DNA of 64,000 nucleotides, from the NCBI RefSeq assembly GCF_011045215.1, contig NZ_CP049201.1. One strand, written 5' to 3'. A program made the position numbers and the translations under genes. Source of the stretch: Escherichia coli (GTDB lineage: Bacteria; Pseudomonadota; Gammaproteobacteria; Enterobacterales; Enterobacteriaceae). Numbering within the stretch: the first letter of the stretch is position 1; the number at the start of each line of letters is the position of its first letter. Of this stretch, positions 1-11,166 are shown in pieces. The notes beneath the pieces are model-generated. The model worked only from the letters and a program-made list of their open reading frames with translations. It was not told where the DNA came from and searched no databases.

Positions 1-425
1 GGGTCGTAGCAGACGGCGTTTTTCCAGGAGCTGCCTTCCGGCATTTTGCGCAACTTGTAGTTATTCACTGCGTTAATGATGACCGTCTCGGAGAGCGGGC
101 CGTAGCCGCATACGCTGTCGCCCACCGCATAGTCAGTAACGGCGCTGCCGCACTCGATAATGTCGCCAACCACCATGTTGCCAAGCTGGAATTTGCCAAA
201 CTCAATGCCGCGCGGCGCATCTGCCGGACGCGGGGTGAACATCTGCCACTCGCCGTTAAAGTCTTCATCGATAAACGGGCTGGCGGCGCGGAAGTCGACC
301 ACTTCCGTTCCGTGTTTCGGTGCGCCGAAACGCACGCGGATCTTCACTTCATTGGATAAAATCGCCCGATCTTCATACTCAACCAGCGCAGCAACACGCG
401 GTGCTGTGGCTACTAACTTTTTCAT
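1..425 (-). CDS. ycjQ: Zn-dependent sugar dehydrogenase YcjQ, N-terminal 141 codons; 3' end lies beyond the window start
   Basis: Minus-strand ATG at 425 with AAGGAG RBS; translation MKKLVATAPRVAALVEYEDR... open to the window edge; synteny downstream of ycjP. Confidence 0.85.
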   Translation of the reverse strand, partial: MKKLVATAPRVAALVEYEDRAILSNEVKIRVRFGAPKHGTEVVDFRAASPFIDEDFNGEWQMFTPRPADAPRGIEFGKFQLGNMVVGDIIECGSAVTDYAVGDSVCGYGPLSETVIINAVNNYKLRKMPEGSSWKNAVCYD

Positions 426-455
426 GTAAAACTCCTTGTAAAGAAACTGGCCGCT

Positions 456-1298
456 TTAGCCCTTCACGCCACCGGCGGTCAAACCACTCTTAATAAAACG
501 TTCCGAAAGCGCATACATAATCACCACCGGCAATGCGGTCACCAGCGAGGCCGCCATCATGCGTCCCCAGATGTAATCAGGCGTACTGAACAGCGCGTTC
601 AGGCCCACTGGTAAGGTGAAATTGCTGGCGCTGGAGAGGAAAATCGACGCAAACAGATAGTCGTTCCACGCCACCATAAAGCAGTAGACGAACACCGATA
701 TCAGCCCGGACATCGACAGGGGCACGGTGATACGGAAGATAATTTGCAGACGGTTGAGGCCATCCATCATCGCCGCTTCTTCGATCTCATCAGGGATGGT
801 GTCGAAGTAACTTTTCAGCATAAACACGGCGGTGGGCAGAGTTTGCGTCACCATGGTAATGATCAGCGCCATCTCGGTGTCGTAAATGCCAAGCGCGGTG
901 ATGATTTTGAACAGCGGCACCACCAGCAAAATGCCAGAGAACATATACACCGTGTAAAAGCTGGCGTTGATGGTCATCCGACCTTTAAAGCGCAGGCGAG
1001 AAAGCGCGTAAGCTCCGAGAATGCCGAGAAATACCGCCACCACGGATGAAACCACCGACACCACCATGCTGTTACGGAAGTAGTCGACAAACGGGAAAAT
1101 CACCGGGTTAAAAATGTCGACATAATGCTCCAGCGTCCACTGTTGCGGCAGCAGCGTAGGATGCAGCGAGATCGCCTCTTTTGCGCTCTTGAACGAGGTC
1201 ATCAGCATCACAAAAAACGGAAACAGCGTGATGATGAGAAACAGCGCCAGCCCGCAGTAAAATCCGATACGACTGAGTGTGCGTTTATTTGTTGCCAT
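456..1298 (-). CDS. ycjP: ABC sugar transporter permease
   Basis: 280-aa ORF with multi-TM permease sequence; position in ycjMNOPQ cluster. Confidence 0.9.
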   Translation of the reverse strand: MATNKRTLSRIGFYCGLALFLIITLFPFFVMLMTSFKSAKEAISLHPTLLPQQWTLEHYVDIFNPVIFPFVDYFRNSMVVSVVSSVVAVFLGILGAYALSRLRFKGRMTINASFYTVYMFSGILLVVPLFKIITALGIYDTEMALIITMVTQTLPTAVFMLKSYFDTIPDEIEEAAMMDGLNRLQIIFRITVPLSMSGLISVFVYCFMVAWNDYLFASIFLSSASNFTLPVGLNALFSTPDYIWGRMMAASLVTALPVVIMYALSERFIKSGLTAGGVKG

Positions 1299-2166
1299 TG
1301 AGGTTCACCCGTTTCCTGGTCAGAAGAATGACAGCGAAAATAATGATGAAGAGCACCACCGAGATCGCCGCCGCTTTCCCTAAGTCATTAAAGGCAAAGG
1401 CAGTTTTGTAGAGATAGACACCGAGAATATCGACCTTGGTCGTCAGCAGATAAACGTCAGCGAACATGTAGAACATCCAGATGGTGCGCAGGGTCACCAC
1501 CGTCGCCAGGACCGGCATAATTGCGGGCAGCGTGACGATGCGAAACCGCTGCCAGGCATTAGCGCCATCCATCTCTGCCGCTTCGTACAGCGATTTGTCG
1601 ATGGTCTGCAAAATCGCCAGAAACGAGATAAAGGCATACGGGAAGTAGCGCCAGATGGCGAACAGCACCACCAGCACAAAGCTACTGCCCGGATTATCGA
1701 ACCACAGCGGTGCCTGCTCGTAGAGATGCAGAAGATCGACGCCGAGGTAGTTCACAATGCCGTAGCCGTTGTTGAACATGTATTTCCAGGCGAACACCAG
1801 CGAAATGGACGGCGTTACGTAGGAGAGGATCACCAGCGAACGCGCGGTTTTGCGCAGGCGGAACTCGCGGTTGAAAAACATCGCCACCGCCAGCCCGAGC
1901 ACGGTGCTGCCCGCCACCACCAGCGCGGTATACCAGACCGTCATCCACAGCGAATGCCAGAAGCCGGGATCGGAGAGGATACGCACATAGTTGCTCACCC
2001 CAACAAACGTTGACTCGATGTTGGGATTGAGCGGCAGACGTAAAAAACTGATTTCGATATTCGACACCATCGGCCACGCCACCAGACCGCCCAGCAGTAA
2101 TAAGCTGGGCGCGAGAAGCAGCAGCGCAAAGGGCATATCGGAACGACCTGAAAAAAGCCTGTTCAT
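1285..2166 (-). CDS. ycjO: ABC sugar transporter permease
   Basis: 293-aa membrane ORF overlapping ycjP start by 14 nt (operon arrangement). Confidence 0.9.
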   Translation of the reverse strand: MNRLFSGRSDMPFALLLLAPSLLLLGGLVAWPMVSNIEISFLRLPLNPNIESTFVGVSNYVRILSDPGFWHSLWMTVWYTALVVAGSTVLGLAVAMFFNREFRLRKTARSLVILSYVTPSISLVFAWKYMFNNGYGIVNYLGVDLLHLYEQAPLWFDNPGSSFVLVVLFAIWRYFPYAFISFLAILQTIDKSLYEAAEMDGANAWQRFRIVTLPAIMPVLATVVTLRTIWMFYMFADVYLLTTKVDILGVYLYKTAFAFNDLGKAAAISVVLFIIIFAVILLTRKRVNLNGNK

Positions 2167-2186
2167 TGCGGATTCCTGTCCTGGGT

Positions 2187-3479
2187 TTAGTGCTGTTCGA
2201 TCAGTTCATCCAGTTTTTTCTGGCTCGCTTGCAGCGTAGTAGAGAGATCGGCTTTACCCACGGTGACGTTATGCACCATTGAACTCACCACGCCAGAACC
2301 CGTCACATCACCCATGCGGGTAAAGTTTTTATCCCCTACTGCGCCAAAGACCTGAATATTTGGCAGTTCACCGATTAGCTGATTCGGTAGTTCACCCAGC
2401 GCCTTAATAACGTCGTTGTCTTTCCAGGTGGCGGTAGTGACAACCGCTTTGTTCACCGGCAGTGCCGCGCCTGGCGACATCATCACCCAGTCGGCAATGT
2501 TGTCCGCCTGCTCCATAAAGGTGACGAATTTTTCTGCTGCTTCCGTTTCTTCGGTCTTTTGTCCGGCGGTAATGGTCAGCGAGGTCAACATGCCGTAGAC
2601 GGCAGAGTTTTTCTCGGTTGGCACCACGAAACCGACGTTTTTCGGGTCGCCTTCTTTAATCACAGCCGGAAGGATATAGGTGGAGTAAATCGCCATCGGC
2701 GCGGTGCCGTTCATAAAGGCGTCTTTCACTTCCATGATGTCGTTAGAACCCGGCATGGTGTTGGCAGCAAGGTCGCGGTAATAGGTCAGCGCCTGCATCA
2801 TCTCTGGTGTATCAAGGGTGATTTTGCCTTCGGCGTTAAAGACGTTGGCCTGGTTGGATAACGCAAACTGGGAGAAGGATTGTTCCGTCAGCACGCTTTC
2901 TGCCGTAGGCAGCGCAATACCGTATTTTTTATTCGCCGGGTCATTCAGTTTCTGTGCAACGTCCAGCAGCTGCTGCCAGTTTTTCGGCTCCTCCAGCCCG
3001 ACTTTTGCCAGCACATCTTTGCGATACCAGATGCCGCCAATCCAGGCGCTGACGGGAACACCGGTCCAGGCACTCCCATCTTCGGTGCGCACAATACGCA
3101 GTACGCCATCGTAAAACGCGCCTTCACCAACGTTGCTGATGACCGTGGCAACCGCCTTGCGATCGATAAGCTGCTCTTTGTCCATAACTTTGGCGTAGTC
3201 ATGGCTGGTTTCGATCACTTCCGGCAGCGAACCGCTACGTGAAAGGGTAATGACTTTAGTGTTATAGGCATCTTCTTCCACGGGCACTTGCTTAACGGTG
3301 ATGCCCGGGTTTTCTTTTTCAAAACGGGCAATCAATTTACTGATAACTGCCTGACGCTCCTGCTCCACCGAAGAATGCATAAATTCGATGGATACATTCG
3401 TTTTATTTTCTTCTTTACAGCCAGAAATCAGGGCGCAGGAAACCAGTGCTGATAACAGCACGATTTTTGATTTAATCAT
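2187..3479 (-). CDS. ycjN: Periplasmic sugar-binding lipoprotein of ABC transporter
   Basis: 430-aa ORF with N-terminal lipoprotein signal (LISGC). Confidence 0.9.
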   Translation of the reverse strand: MIKSKIVLLSALVSCALISGCKEENKTNVSIEFMHSSVEQERQAVISKLIARFEKENPGITVKQVPVEEDAYNTKVITLSRSGSLPEVIETSHDYAKVMDKEQLIDRKAVATVISNVGEGAFYDGVLRIVRTEDGSAWTGVPVSAWIGGIWYRKDVLAKVGLEEPKNWQQLLDVAQKLNDPANKKYGIALPTAESVLTEQSFSQFALSNQANVFNAEGKITLDTPEMMQALTYYRDLAANTMPGSNDIMEVKDAFMNGTAPMAIYSTYILPAVIKEGDPKNVGFVVPTEKNSAVYGMLTSLTITAGQKTEETEAAEKFVTFMEQADNIADWVMMSPGAALPVNKAVVTTATWKDNDVIKALGELPNQLIGELPNIQVFGAVGDKNFTRMGDVTGSGVVSSMVHNVTVGKADLSTTLQASQKKLDELIEQH

Positions 3480-3492
3480 GAGATGTTCCTTT

Positions 3493-5172
3493 TTATTTAA
3501 TCCACATAACCTGCCAGGGGCGCAGCGTTATTTCATTACCCAATATATCAACTTCACTAATCAGATCGCGACCATGCAGATTAGTAATATTTACATGCTG
3601 AATATTTTTACTGACATTAAACAATCCAGTCAGACAATTACCCTCTGCGTTACTTCTTTGAATACGCATTACGGATGAATTAACCGTATCGATGGTAAAA
3701 TTATTATCCGGATGAAACTCGTTATGGCTGCGACGAAGTGTAATTAAACGCGACAACTCATGATATACCGCATGCCTTAATGTAGCTTCATCGTTCAGTT
3801 CTCGGGTTATCTCTTCACTGTGATATTTTTTACGGTTAATCGCACGGTTATATCCGAGTTTTTCGACACCTGCGTAATCATTACGCGAGCCCAGAATACT
3901 TTGAATATATATCGCTGGCACACCGGGGAAACTTAACAAAATCGCATGGGCAAGGATAAACCTGGCGCAACGTTCTTCATCGCTACTCTCGCGGCGGCTT
4001 AACGCATCCATATAGGTGACATTTATTTCATAGGGACTGCGCGTACCGTCGGGATTATTTTTCCAGTTTACTAATGCACCTTCCTGCTGTAATGCCTCGA
4101 CCAGCGCTAATATTTCGCTTTCTGGTAACAAGCCCCGCAGTGGGTTCAGCCCGATGCCATCGTGAGAGGCGAGGAAGTTAAACCAGGTCGTTTTACCGGA
4201 GGGCAAGCTCAGACTTTGCGCCCACTGGCACAGCGCCTCGACGTTCTGTTTTTGCACCGCATGTAACACCAGCGGCGGCAGCGAGAACTGGTACACCATA
4301 TGCGCTTCGTCATCGCCTTCGCCAAAGTAAGCAATGTTATCTTTATGCGGAACATTCGTCTCAGTAATAATCACCGTACCTGGCGCGATGTCATCAATAA
4401 TCGACCGTAACAGTTTGATAATCAGATGTGTTTTTTCCAGATGGATGCAGCTTGTTCCCGGCTCTTTCCACATAAAGCCAACGGCATCCAGACGGACATA
4501 TTCTGCGCCCTTTTCCAGGTAACAAAGCAAAACATCCACCATCGCCAGCAACACGTCAGGGCTACGGTAATTCAGGTCAATTTGATCGTCGCTAAAGGTG
4601 GTCCATAAATGGCGCGTGGAATTATCATCCATTTGAAACGGCGTTAATAGCGGTAATGCACGCGGACGGGTGACAGCGCTGAGATCGGTTTGCGGATCAA
4701 CCGCAATAAAAAAATCTTCAAAACCTGGCTGCTGTTGTAAATAGTTTTTAAACCATTCACTTTTTGCCGACATATGGTTGCAGACAAAATCAAACATTAA
4801 ATGACTGCATTCACCGAGCTGCTGAATATCCTGCCACTCCCCCGCTTCACTGGCGACCTGATGATAATCAATTACCGAAAATCCATCATCAGATGACCAT
4901 GGATAAAAAGGTAATAAATGAACATGTGAAAAAATGCTTTGCAGCCATTGATGGTAAAACTGATTAAATGTGGGTAGTGGTTTTAAATCATTACTGTGAA
5001 ATTGATCGGCATAGGTAATTAACACGACATCACTTTCATCCCAGTGTTTTTTACGTCGCTGTGTAATTAATCGTTTCGCACTCTCAAGACGCGTTACAAG
5101 TTTCTGTAAATGAGTTGCGGTAAATGTTCCACCGTAGATTTCGTCCAGGTAATCCGTAATTTTCTGTTTCAT
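3493..5172 (-). CDS. ycjM: GH13 sucrose-phosphorylase-family glycoside phosphorylase
   Basis: ORF track gives 568 aa; trimmed to MKQKITDYL start (ATG at 5172, GGAAAGG RBS) giving 559 aa; recognisable YcjM sequence. Confidence 0.9.
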   Translation of the reverse strand: MKQKITDYLDEIYGGTFTATHLQKLVTRLESAKRLITQRRKKHWDESDVVLITYADQFHSNDLKPLPTFNQFYHQWLQSIFSHVHLLPFYPWSSDDGFSVIDYHQVASEAGEWQDIQQLGECSHLMFDFVCNHMSAKSEWFKNYLQQQPGFEDFFIAVDPQTDLSAVTRPRALPLLTPFQMDDNSTRHLWTTFSDDQIDLNYRSPDVLLAMVDVLLCYLEKGAEYVRLDAVGFMWKEPGTSCIHLEKTHLIIKLLRSIIDDIAPGTVIITETNVPHKDNIAYFGEGDDEAHMVYQFSLPPLVLHAVQKQNVEALCQWAQSLSLPSGKTTWFNFLASHDGIGLNPLRGLLPESEILALVEALQQEGALVNWKNNPDGTRSPYEINVTYMDALSRRESSDEERCARFILAHAILLSFPGVPAIYIQSILGSRNDYAGVEKLGYNRAINRKKYHSEEITRELNDEATLRHAVYHELSRLITLRRSHNEFHPDNNFTIDTVNSSVMRIQRSNAEGNCLTGLFNVSKNIQHVNITNLHGRDLISEVDILGNEITLRPWQVMWIK

Positions 5173-5343
5173 GTTGCCTTTCCGTGGTAGCGGTCCCATG
5201 AAATGAGAGACTACTCCGCAGAAAATAAACTGTCAATTGAGCACAAGGGTTTTAGTCACGCAGGAAATCATTTTTTACCAGGGAAAAAGCGTATTTGTGA
5301 GCTGACGCAAATAATCTATAGGGATGTAAATAAGGTGTGACAG

Positions 5344-5366
5344 AAAAAAACGGCGCATAAGCGCCG
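5344..5366 (-). terminator. Rho-independent terminator downstream of pspE
   Basis: Hairpin CGGCGC-ATAA-GCGCCG followed by a U-run on the minus strand (A-run 5344-5350 on plus). Confidence 0.7.
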
Positions 5367-5382
5367 CTCATGGTGAATTCTT

Positions 5383-5697
5383 TTAACCTTTGACCTTCGG
5401 CATTGCGATGTCTTTCAGGCCACCGGCGTTCTCAACGTGGGTATATCCCATCTCGCTAAGGATCTCTTTTGCCTGCCCTGACTGGCGTCCGGCATTGCAA
5501 TACACTTTCACGGTGTCGTTTTTATCGGGAACGGCGGTGGCAATGCGCTCTTTCACTTCCTTCAGGGGAATATTGATGGCCCCCTGAACGTGCTCTTGCT
5601 TATACTGCTCTGGAACACGAACATCGATCCAGTGTTCAGCGGCAAAAACGGGCAGTGAAAACACCAGTGCCAGAGCAAGTAAGCCTTTTTTAAACAT
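5383..5697 (-). CDS. pspE: Periplasmic rhodanese (thiosulfate sulfurtransferase)
   Basis: 104-aa ORF with signal peptide and rhodanese active-site region (YCNAGRQS). Confidence 0.93.
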   Translation of the reverse strand: MFKKGLLALALVFSLPVFAAEHWIDVRVPEQYKQEHVQGAINIPLKEVKERIATAVPDKNDTVKVYCNAGRQSGQAKEILSEMGYTHVENAGGLKDIAMPKVKG

Positions 5698-5771
5698 GTA
5701 AGCGTCCTTCTATGGATGAAAATTGCTATCCATTATACGCCTGAGATTTAACAATTTTTGCGAAACTCCCC

Positions 5772-5993
5772 TCACCTTTTATAACGCTGTGCCAGTTTAT
5801 TAGCAGCCCGACTTAACAGCGGTTCCAGCGCCACAGCCAGCAACATTTTCAGCGGTCGGCGAGCAACTGATTTTATCGCCCAGCCCGCCACACCCGCCGG
5901 GCCATAGCGCAGTGCGGTAAGAAGTACCAGCTTGCCTGCTAATTTGAAACCAGGCTTCACCTTTTGCCCGGCCTGTTGCCAGCGAGTATTCAT
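5772..5993 (-). CDS. pspD: Phage shock protein D
   Basis: ORF trimmed to [11 protein letters not shown] start (73 aa); immediately downstream of pspC. Confidence 0.88.
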
Positions 5994-6001
5994 AACTTTC
6001 C

Positions 6002-6361
6002 TCACAGTTGACGGAAACGGCTACGTAACGTGAAAGTATCGGAAGTGACATAACGTTCCATCTCGCGTAAACGCGTTTCACTTGCCGCCAGTTCACGGTC
6101 GACTTCATCCAGCAATTCGCTGCTGGAAGGTAGCTGCTCACCAAAGGCCATGTTGTCCGGCATTGGATCAAGCGCAAATGACAAAATGATGTAAGCAACC
6201 AGGGTAAACAGCGCCAGACCGAAGAAAATCGACAGCACCACCAGGATACGCACCAGTTTTACCGGTACATCAAAATAGTTGGCAATCCCGGCGCAGACGC
6301 CACGGACCATGCCCTGCTGTGGAATACGCCATAATTTTTTATTGAGATTAATGCCCGCCAT
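6002..6361 (-). CDS. pspC: Phage shock protein C
   Basis: 119-aa ORF with single TM segment; start overlaps pspB stop. Confidence 0.93.
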
Positions 6362-6585
6362 TAGCGATCCCTCCAGTTCGGATGTTCTGCATCAAGAATA
6401 GATTCCAGCGCCTGAATACGTTCGCGCATCCGTTTTGCTTCATCAGCCAGTTGCGCTAATCGCTGCTGCTCACTTTGCGACAATTCACTGCGACCAGAAC
6501 GATTGCTGTAATGCAGCCATAACCAGATCGGTAAAACAAACAGCACAAAAATGGTTAACGGAATAGCCAGAAATAGCGCGCTCAT
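6361..6585 (-). CDS. pspB: Phage shock protein B
   Basis: 74-aa ORF with N-terminal TM helix. Confidence 0.93.
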   Translation of the reverse strand: MSALFLAIPLTIFVLFVLPIWLWLHYSNRSGRSELSQSEQQRLAQLADEAKRMRERIQALESILDAEHPNWRDR

Positions 6586-6638
6586 AAGTACTCCTTAGAC
6601 GATGAGCGGCGGCGCGTTCGGACGCCGCCTGGATGTTA

Positions 6639-7379
<741 letters not shown>

Positions 7380-7473
7380 TTATCTTTTTGATTTATAAAG
7401 ATCTGATTGAAGATTCAACAGCAACATGCCAGGATGAATTAGCGAATTACACTAACAAGTGGCGAATTTCATC

Positions 7474-8451
7474 ATGGCAGAATACAAAGATAATTTACTC
7501 GGTGAGGCGAACAGCTTTCTCGAAGTGCTGGAACAGGTTTCGCATCTCGCGCCGCTGGACAAACCTGTGCTCATCATCGGCGAGCGCGGCACCGGTAAAG
7601 AGCTGATCGCCAGCCGCCTGCATTATCTCTCCTCCCGTTGGCAAGGGCCGTTTATTTCCCTTAACTGCGCGGCGTTAAATGAAAATCTGCTGGATTCCGA
7701 ACTGTTTGGTCACGAAGCGGGCGCTTTTACCGGTGCGCAAAAACGTCATCCAGGAAGATTTGAACGTGCCGACGGCGGTACGCTATTTCTTGATGAACTC
7801 GCTACAGCACCGATGATGGTGCAGGAAAAATTATTGCGCGTGATTGAGTACGGTGAACTGGAGCGTGTTGGCGGCAGCCAGCCATTGCAGGTGAATGTGC
7901 GGTTGGTATGCGCGACGAATGCCGATCTCCCGGCGATGGTCAATGAAGGTACTTTTCGCGCTGACCTGCTCGACCGGCTGGCTTTCGATGTAGTGCAACT
8001 GCCGCCCCTGCGCGAGCGCGAAAGCGACATTATGCTGATGGCAGAACACTTTGCCATTCAGATGTGTCGGGAAATCAAGCTGCCTCTGTTCCCGGGTTTT
8101 ACCGAGCGCGCCAGAGAAACATTGCTGAATTATCGTTGGCCGGGAAATATTCGTGAATTGAAAAACGTGGTGGAACGTTCAGTGTATCGCCACGGCACCA
8201 GCGATTATCCGCTTGATGACATCATTATTGATCCCTTTAAACGGCGTCCACCTGAAGAAGCCATCGCCGTTTCAGAAAACACTTCGCTTCCAACACTGCC
8301 GCTGGATTTACGTGAGTTTCAGATGCAGCAGGAAAAAGAGTTGCTGCAACTCAGTTTGCAACAAGGGAAATATAACCAGAAGCGCGCAGCTGAATTGCTG
8401 GGGTTAACCTATCATCAGTTCCGCGCGTTGTTGAAAAAGCACCAGATTTAG
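7474..8451 (+). CDS. pspF: Sigma-54 enhancer-binding activator of the psp operon
   Basis: AAA+ sigma-54 activator sequence (GERGTGKE, GAFTGA motifs); start trimmed to MAEYKDNLL giving 325 aa. Confidence 0.95.
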   Translation: MAEYKDNLLGEANSFLEVLEQVSHLAPLDKPVLIIGERGTGKELIASRLHYLSSRWQGPFISLNCAALNENLLDSELFGHEAGAFTGAQKRHPGRFERADGGTLFLDELATAPMMVQEKLLRVIEYGELERVGGSQPLQVNVRLVCATNADLPAMVNEGTFRADLLDRLAFDVVQLPPLRERESDIMLMAEHFAIQMCREIKLPLFPGFTERARETLLNYRWPGNIRELKNVVERSVYRHGTSDYPLDDIIIDPFKRRPPEEAIAVSENTSLPTLPLDLREFQMQQEKELLQLSLQQGKYNQKRAAELLGLTYHQFRALLKKHQI

Positions 8452-8467
8452 CGAAGTTGGGCAATAC

Positions 8468-8555
8468 AACTTGCCGGATGCGGCGTGAACGCCTTATCCG
8501 GCATACATAATCAATACGTCGTTTGCAGGTCTGATAAGCGCAGCATATCAGGCAT
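8468..8555. repeat. REP/BIME palindromic units between pspF and puuE
   Basis: GCCGGATGCGGCGTGAACGCCTTATCCGGC and a second degenerate inverted unit. Confidence 0.7.
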
Positions 8556-8581
8556 TATTGCGTTGCCCCTGCTTCTGCGTA

Positions 8582-9847
8582 TTAATCTCTCAGCGCATCC
8601 TGCAAAATTTTCATTGCCGCATCGAATTGCGCATCCGGGATGGTCAGCGGATACAGGAAACGAATCACGTTGCCGTATGCGCCACAGGTCAGTAGAAGCA
8701 GTCCCTGCGCCAGCGCGCGTTGCTGGATTTTCTGTGCAATCGCCGCTGACGGCTCGCCCGTTTGCGGATCGTTAAACTCTGCCGCAATCATAGACCCCAG
8801 ACCGCGTACCGCCGCGATGGCCGGAACGCTTTCTTTGGCATCAATCAGCGTGTTTGTCAGACGCTGGCCCAGTTGATTCGCGCGTTCGCAGAGTGATTCT
8901 TTGTCGATAATGTTGAGCACCGCGTGCGCGGCAGCCACCGCCAGCGGGTTACCGGCGTAGGTGCCGCCAAGCCCGCCCGGCGCGGGTGCGTCCATAATAT
9001 TCGCGTTACCGACCACGCCCGAAAGCGGCATCCCGCCCGCGAGGCTTTTCGCCATCGTCATTAAATCCGGCTTATCGGCGTAATGATCCATGGCAAACAG
9101 CTTACCGGTACGCGCAAAGCCGCTTTGCACTTCATCAGCAATCATCACAATACCGTGCTCGTCGCACAGGCGGCGAATGGCGGCAACCAGCTCTTTTGGC
9201 GCAACGTTGAAACCGCCCTCGCCCTGCACCGGTTCGAAAATAATCGCCGCCACCTGCTTCGCTTCAATGTCCGATTTAAACAAGCGTTCGATGGCGTCGA
9301 GGGAGTCCTGCGTTGAAACGCCATGTAAATCTGACGGATAAGCTACGTGATACACCGAACCGGGGAACGGGCCGAAGCCGATTTTGTACGGCGCGACCTT
9401 TCCAGTTAACGCCATAGTCATATACGTACGACCGTGAAAGCCGCCGCTAAACGCAATCACGCCAGGGCGTCCGGTATGGGCGCGGGCGATTTTCACCGCG
9501 TTTTCCACCGCTTCCGCACCGGTGGTGAAGAACGCGGTTTTGGCCTGCCCGCTCACCGGGGCAAGGGCGTTGATTTTCTCCGCCAGGGTGACGTAGCTTT
9601 CATATGGCACAATCTGATACGCGGTGTGGGTAAACTGTTGCAGCTGCTGCTCCACCGCCGCGACCAGATCAGGGTGGCGATGTCCGGTATTCAGCACCGC
9701 AATGCCTGCGGCGAAATCGATGTACTCGTTGCCCTCAACATCCTTCAGCGTGGCGTTTTCAGCCGACTGGGCGAAGAAGTTACACATCACGCCAACCCCG
9801 CGCGGGGTGGCAGAAAGACGACGCTGATGGAATTCATTGTTGCTCAT
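8582..9847 (-). CDS. puuE: 4-aminobutyrate aminotransferase (PLP-dependent)
   Basis: 421-aa class-III aminotransferase sequence; puu cluster synteny. Confidence 0.93.
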   Translation of the reverse strand: MSNNEFHQRRLSATPRGVGVMCNFFAQSAENATLKDVEGNEYIDFAAGIAVLNTGHRHPDLVAAVEQQLQQFTHTAYQIVPYESYVTLAEKINALAPVSGQAKTAFFTTGAEAVENAVKIARAHTGRPGVIAFSGGFHGRTYMTMALTGKVAPYKIGFGPFPGSVYHVAYPSDLHGVSTQDSLDAIERLFKSDIEAKQVAAIIFEPVQGEGGFNVAPKELVAAIRRLCDEHGIVMIADEVQSGFARTGKLFAMDHYADKPDLMTMAKSLAGGMPLSGVVGNANIMDAPAPGGLGGTYAGNPLAVAAAHAVLNIIDKESLCERANQLGQRLTNTLIDAKESVPAIAAVRGLGSMIAAEFNDPQTGEPSAAIAQKIQQRALAQGLLLLTCGAYGNVIRFLYPLTIPDAQFDAAMKILQDALRD

Positions 9848-9884
9848 GTTTCACACCTTTTGACTCTTCACTGTTAATCGGAAA

Positions 9885-11165
9885 TTAAACGCCCAGACGA
9901 TCGCGCAGGCTGTAATACGCCGCGCCCATCGCGGTAAACGGTACGCGCAGCGTGCGCCCGCCGGGGAACGGGTAATGCGGCAGATTGGCGAAGGCATCGA
10001 AACGTTCGGCGTCGCCGCGCAGCAGTTCGGCAATCAGACGCCCGGCGAGGTGGGTACAGGTGACGCCGTGGCCGCTGTAGCCCTGCATGTAATAGATGTT
10101 GGTATCGAGGCGACCAAACTGCGGCATACGCGACAGGGTCAGCAGGAAGTTGCCCGTCCAGCGGTAATCAATTTTCACGCCCTTCAGCTGCGGGAAGGTT
10201 TTCAGCATTTTCGGCACCACAAGGCGCTCAACATCGTCCGGGTCGCGAGCGCCATACACTACGCCGCCGCCGTACAGCAGGCGGTTATCGGCGGTAAGAC
10301 GGTAGTAATCAAGCAGATAGTTACAGTCTTCGACGCAGTAGTTTTTCGGGATAAGGGAACGGGCTAAATCTTCCGACAGCCGCTCGGTGGTGATCACCTG
10401 CGTGCCGCACGGCATGCTGCGTTTCGCCAGCTCCGGCTCCACTTTATCGCCCAGGTACGCATTCCCGGCGACAATCACATACTTCGCCGTCACCTGACCT
10501 TTGGCAGTACGCACCACGGCGGGCGTGGTGTGCTGGATCTGCGTCACCGCAGAAAGCTCATACACGCGCCCGCCGTTCAGGCGGATGGCATCGGCTTCAC
10601 CAATGGCGAGGTTTAGCGGGTGAATATGTCCACCGCTGTGATCCAGCAGCGCACCAGTGTAGCGATCGCTGGCGACTTCACGGCGAATGGCGTTGGCGTC
10701 CAGCAGCTCCAGCTGTTTATTGCCGTAGCGTTCCCAGTTCTCTTTCTGCTCTTCGAGTGTGGCGAGCTGTTTATCATTCATCGCCACAAACAGGCCGCCG
10801 GGGCGGTAGTCGCAGTCAATCTGATAACGTTTGATACGTTCGCGGATGATCTCACCACCTTCGAACATCATGCTGCCGAGCATACGGACGGTGTCCATGC
10901 CGTAGCTTTTTTCGATCACGTCGATGTCGCGGCTGTAGGAGTTCACAAGCTGCCCGCCGTTGCGCCCGCTCGCGCCAAAGCCGATGCGTGAGGCTTCGAG
11001 AACCACTACGTCAAAGCCCGCTTCCGCCAGATGTAGCGCGGAGGAGAGCCCGGTATAGCCGCCGCCGACCACGCAAACATCACAGGTGATTGACTCATTC
11101 AGCGTGTCGAATGGCGCGTATTTATTCGCACTGGCGGCGTAGTAACTGCTGGTATGTTCGGTCAT
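9885..11165 (-). CDS. puuB: Gamma-glutamylputrescine oxidase (FAD-dependent)
   Basis: 426-aa ORF with FAD-binding GxGxxG (VVGGGYTG). Confidence 0.93.
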   Translation of the reverse strand: MTEHTSSYYAASANKYAPFDTLNESITCDVCVVGGGYTGLSSALHLAEAGFDVVVLEASRIGFGASGRNGGQLVNSYSRDIDVIEKSYGMDTVRMLGSMMFEGGEIIRERIKRYQIDCDYRPGGLFVAMNDKQLATLEEQKENWERYGNKQLELLDANAIRREVASDRYTGALLDHSGGHIHPLNLAIGEADAIRLNGGRVYELSAVTQIQHTTPAVVRTAKGQVTAKYVIVAGNAYLGDKVEPELAKRSMPCGTQVITTERLSEDLARSLIPKNYCVEDCNYLLDYYRLTADNRLLYGGGVVYGARDPDDVERLVVPKMLKTFPQLKGVKIDYRWTGNFLLTLSRMPQFGRLDTNIYYMQGYSGHGVTCTHLAGRLIAELLRGDAERFDAFANLPHYPFPGGRTLRVPFTAMGAAYYSLRDRLGV

Positions 11166-11166
11166 T

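Noticed and set aside
744-2077. ORF-track entries antisense to or nested within ycjP/ycjO (for example 744..1049 +, 1694..2077 -, 1726..2013 +); similar nested ORFs occur inside nearly every large gene, such as 9975..10367, 12066..12527 and 42091..42525
   Set aside because: They overlap well-supported genes in other frames or strands, lack ribosome-binding sites, and have low-complexity Arg/Ala/Pro-rich translations typical of GC-rich antisense frames.
3493-5199. Longer N-terminal extensions offered by the ORF track for ycjM, pspF, puuC, puuD, puuA, puuP, yciW, pyrF, ribA, topA, yciO, yciG, yciF and yciZ
   Set aside because: The track appears to extend to the first in-frame ATG/GTG/TTG; internal ATG codons with proper Shine-Dalgarno spacing reproduce the known protein lengths and N-termini, so the shorter starts were used.
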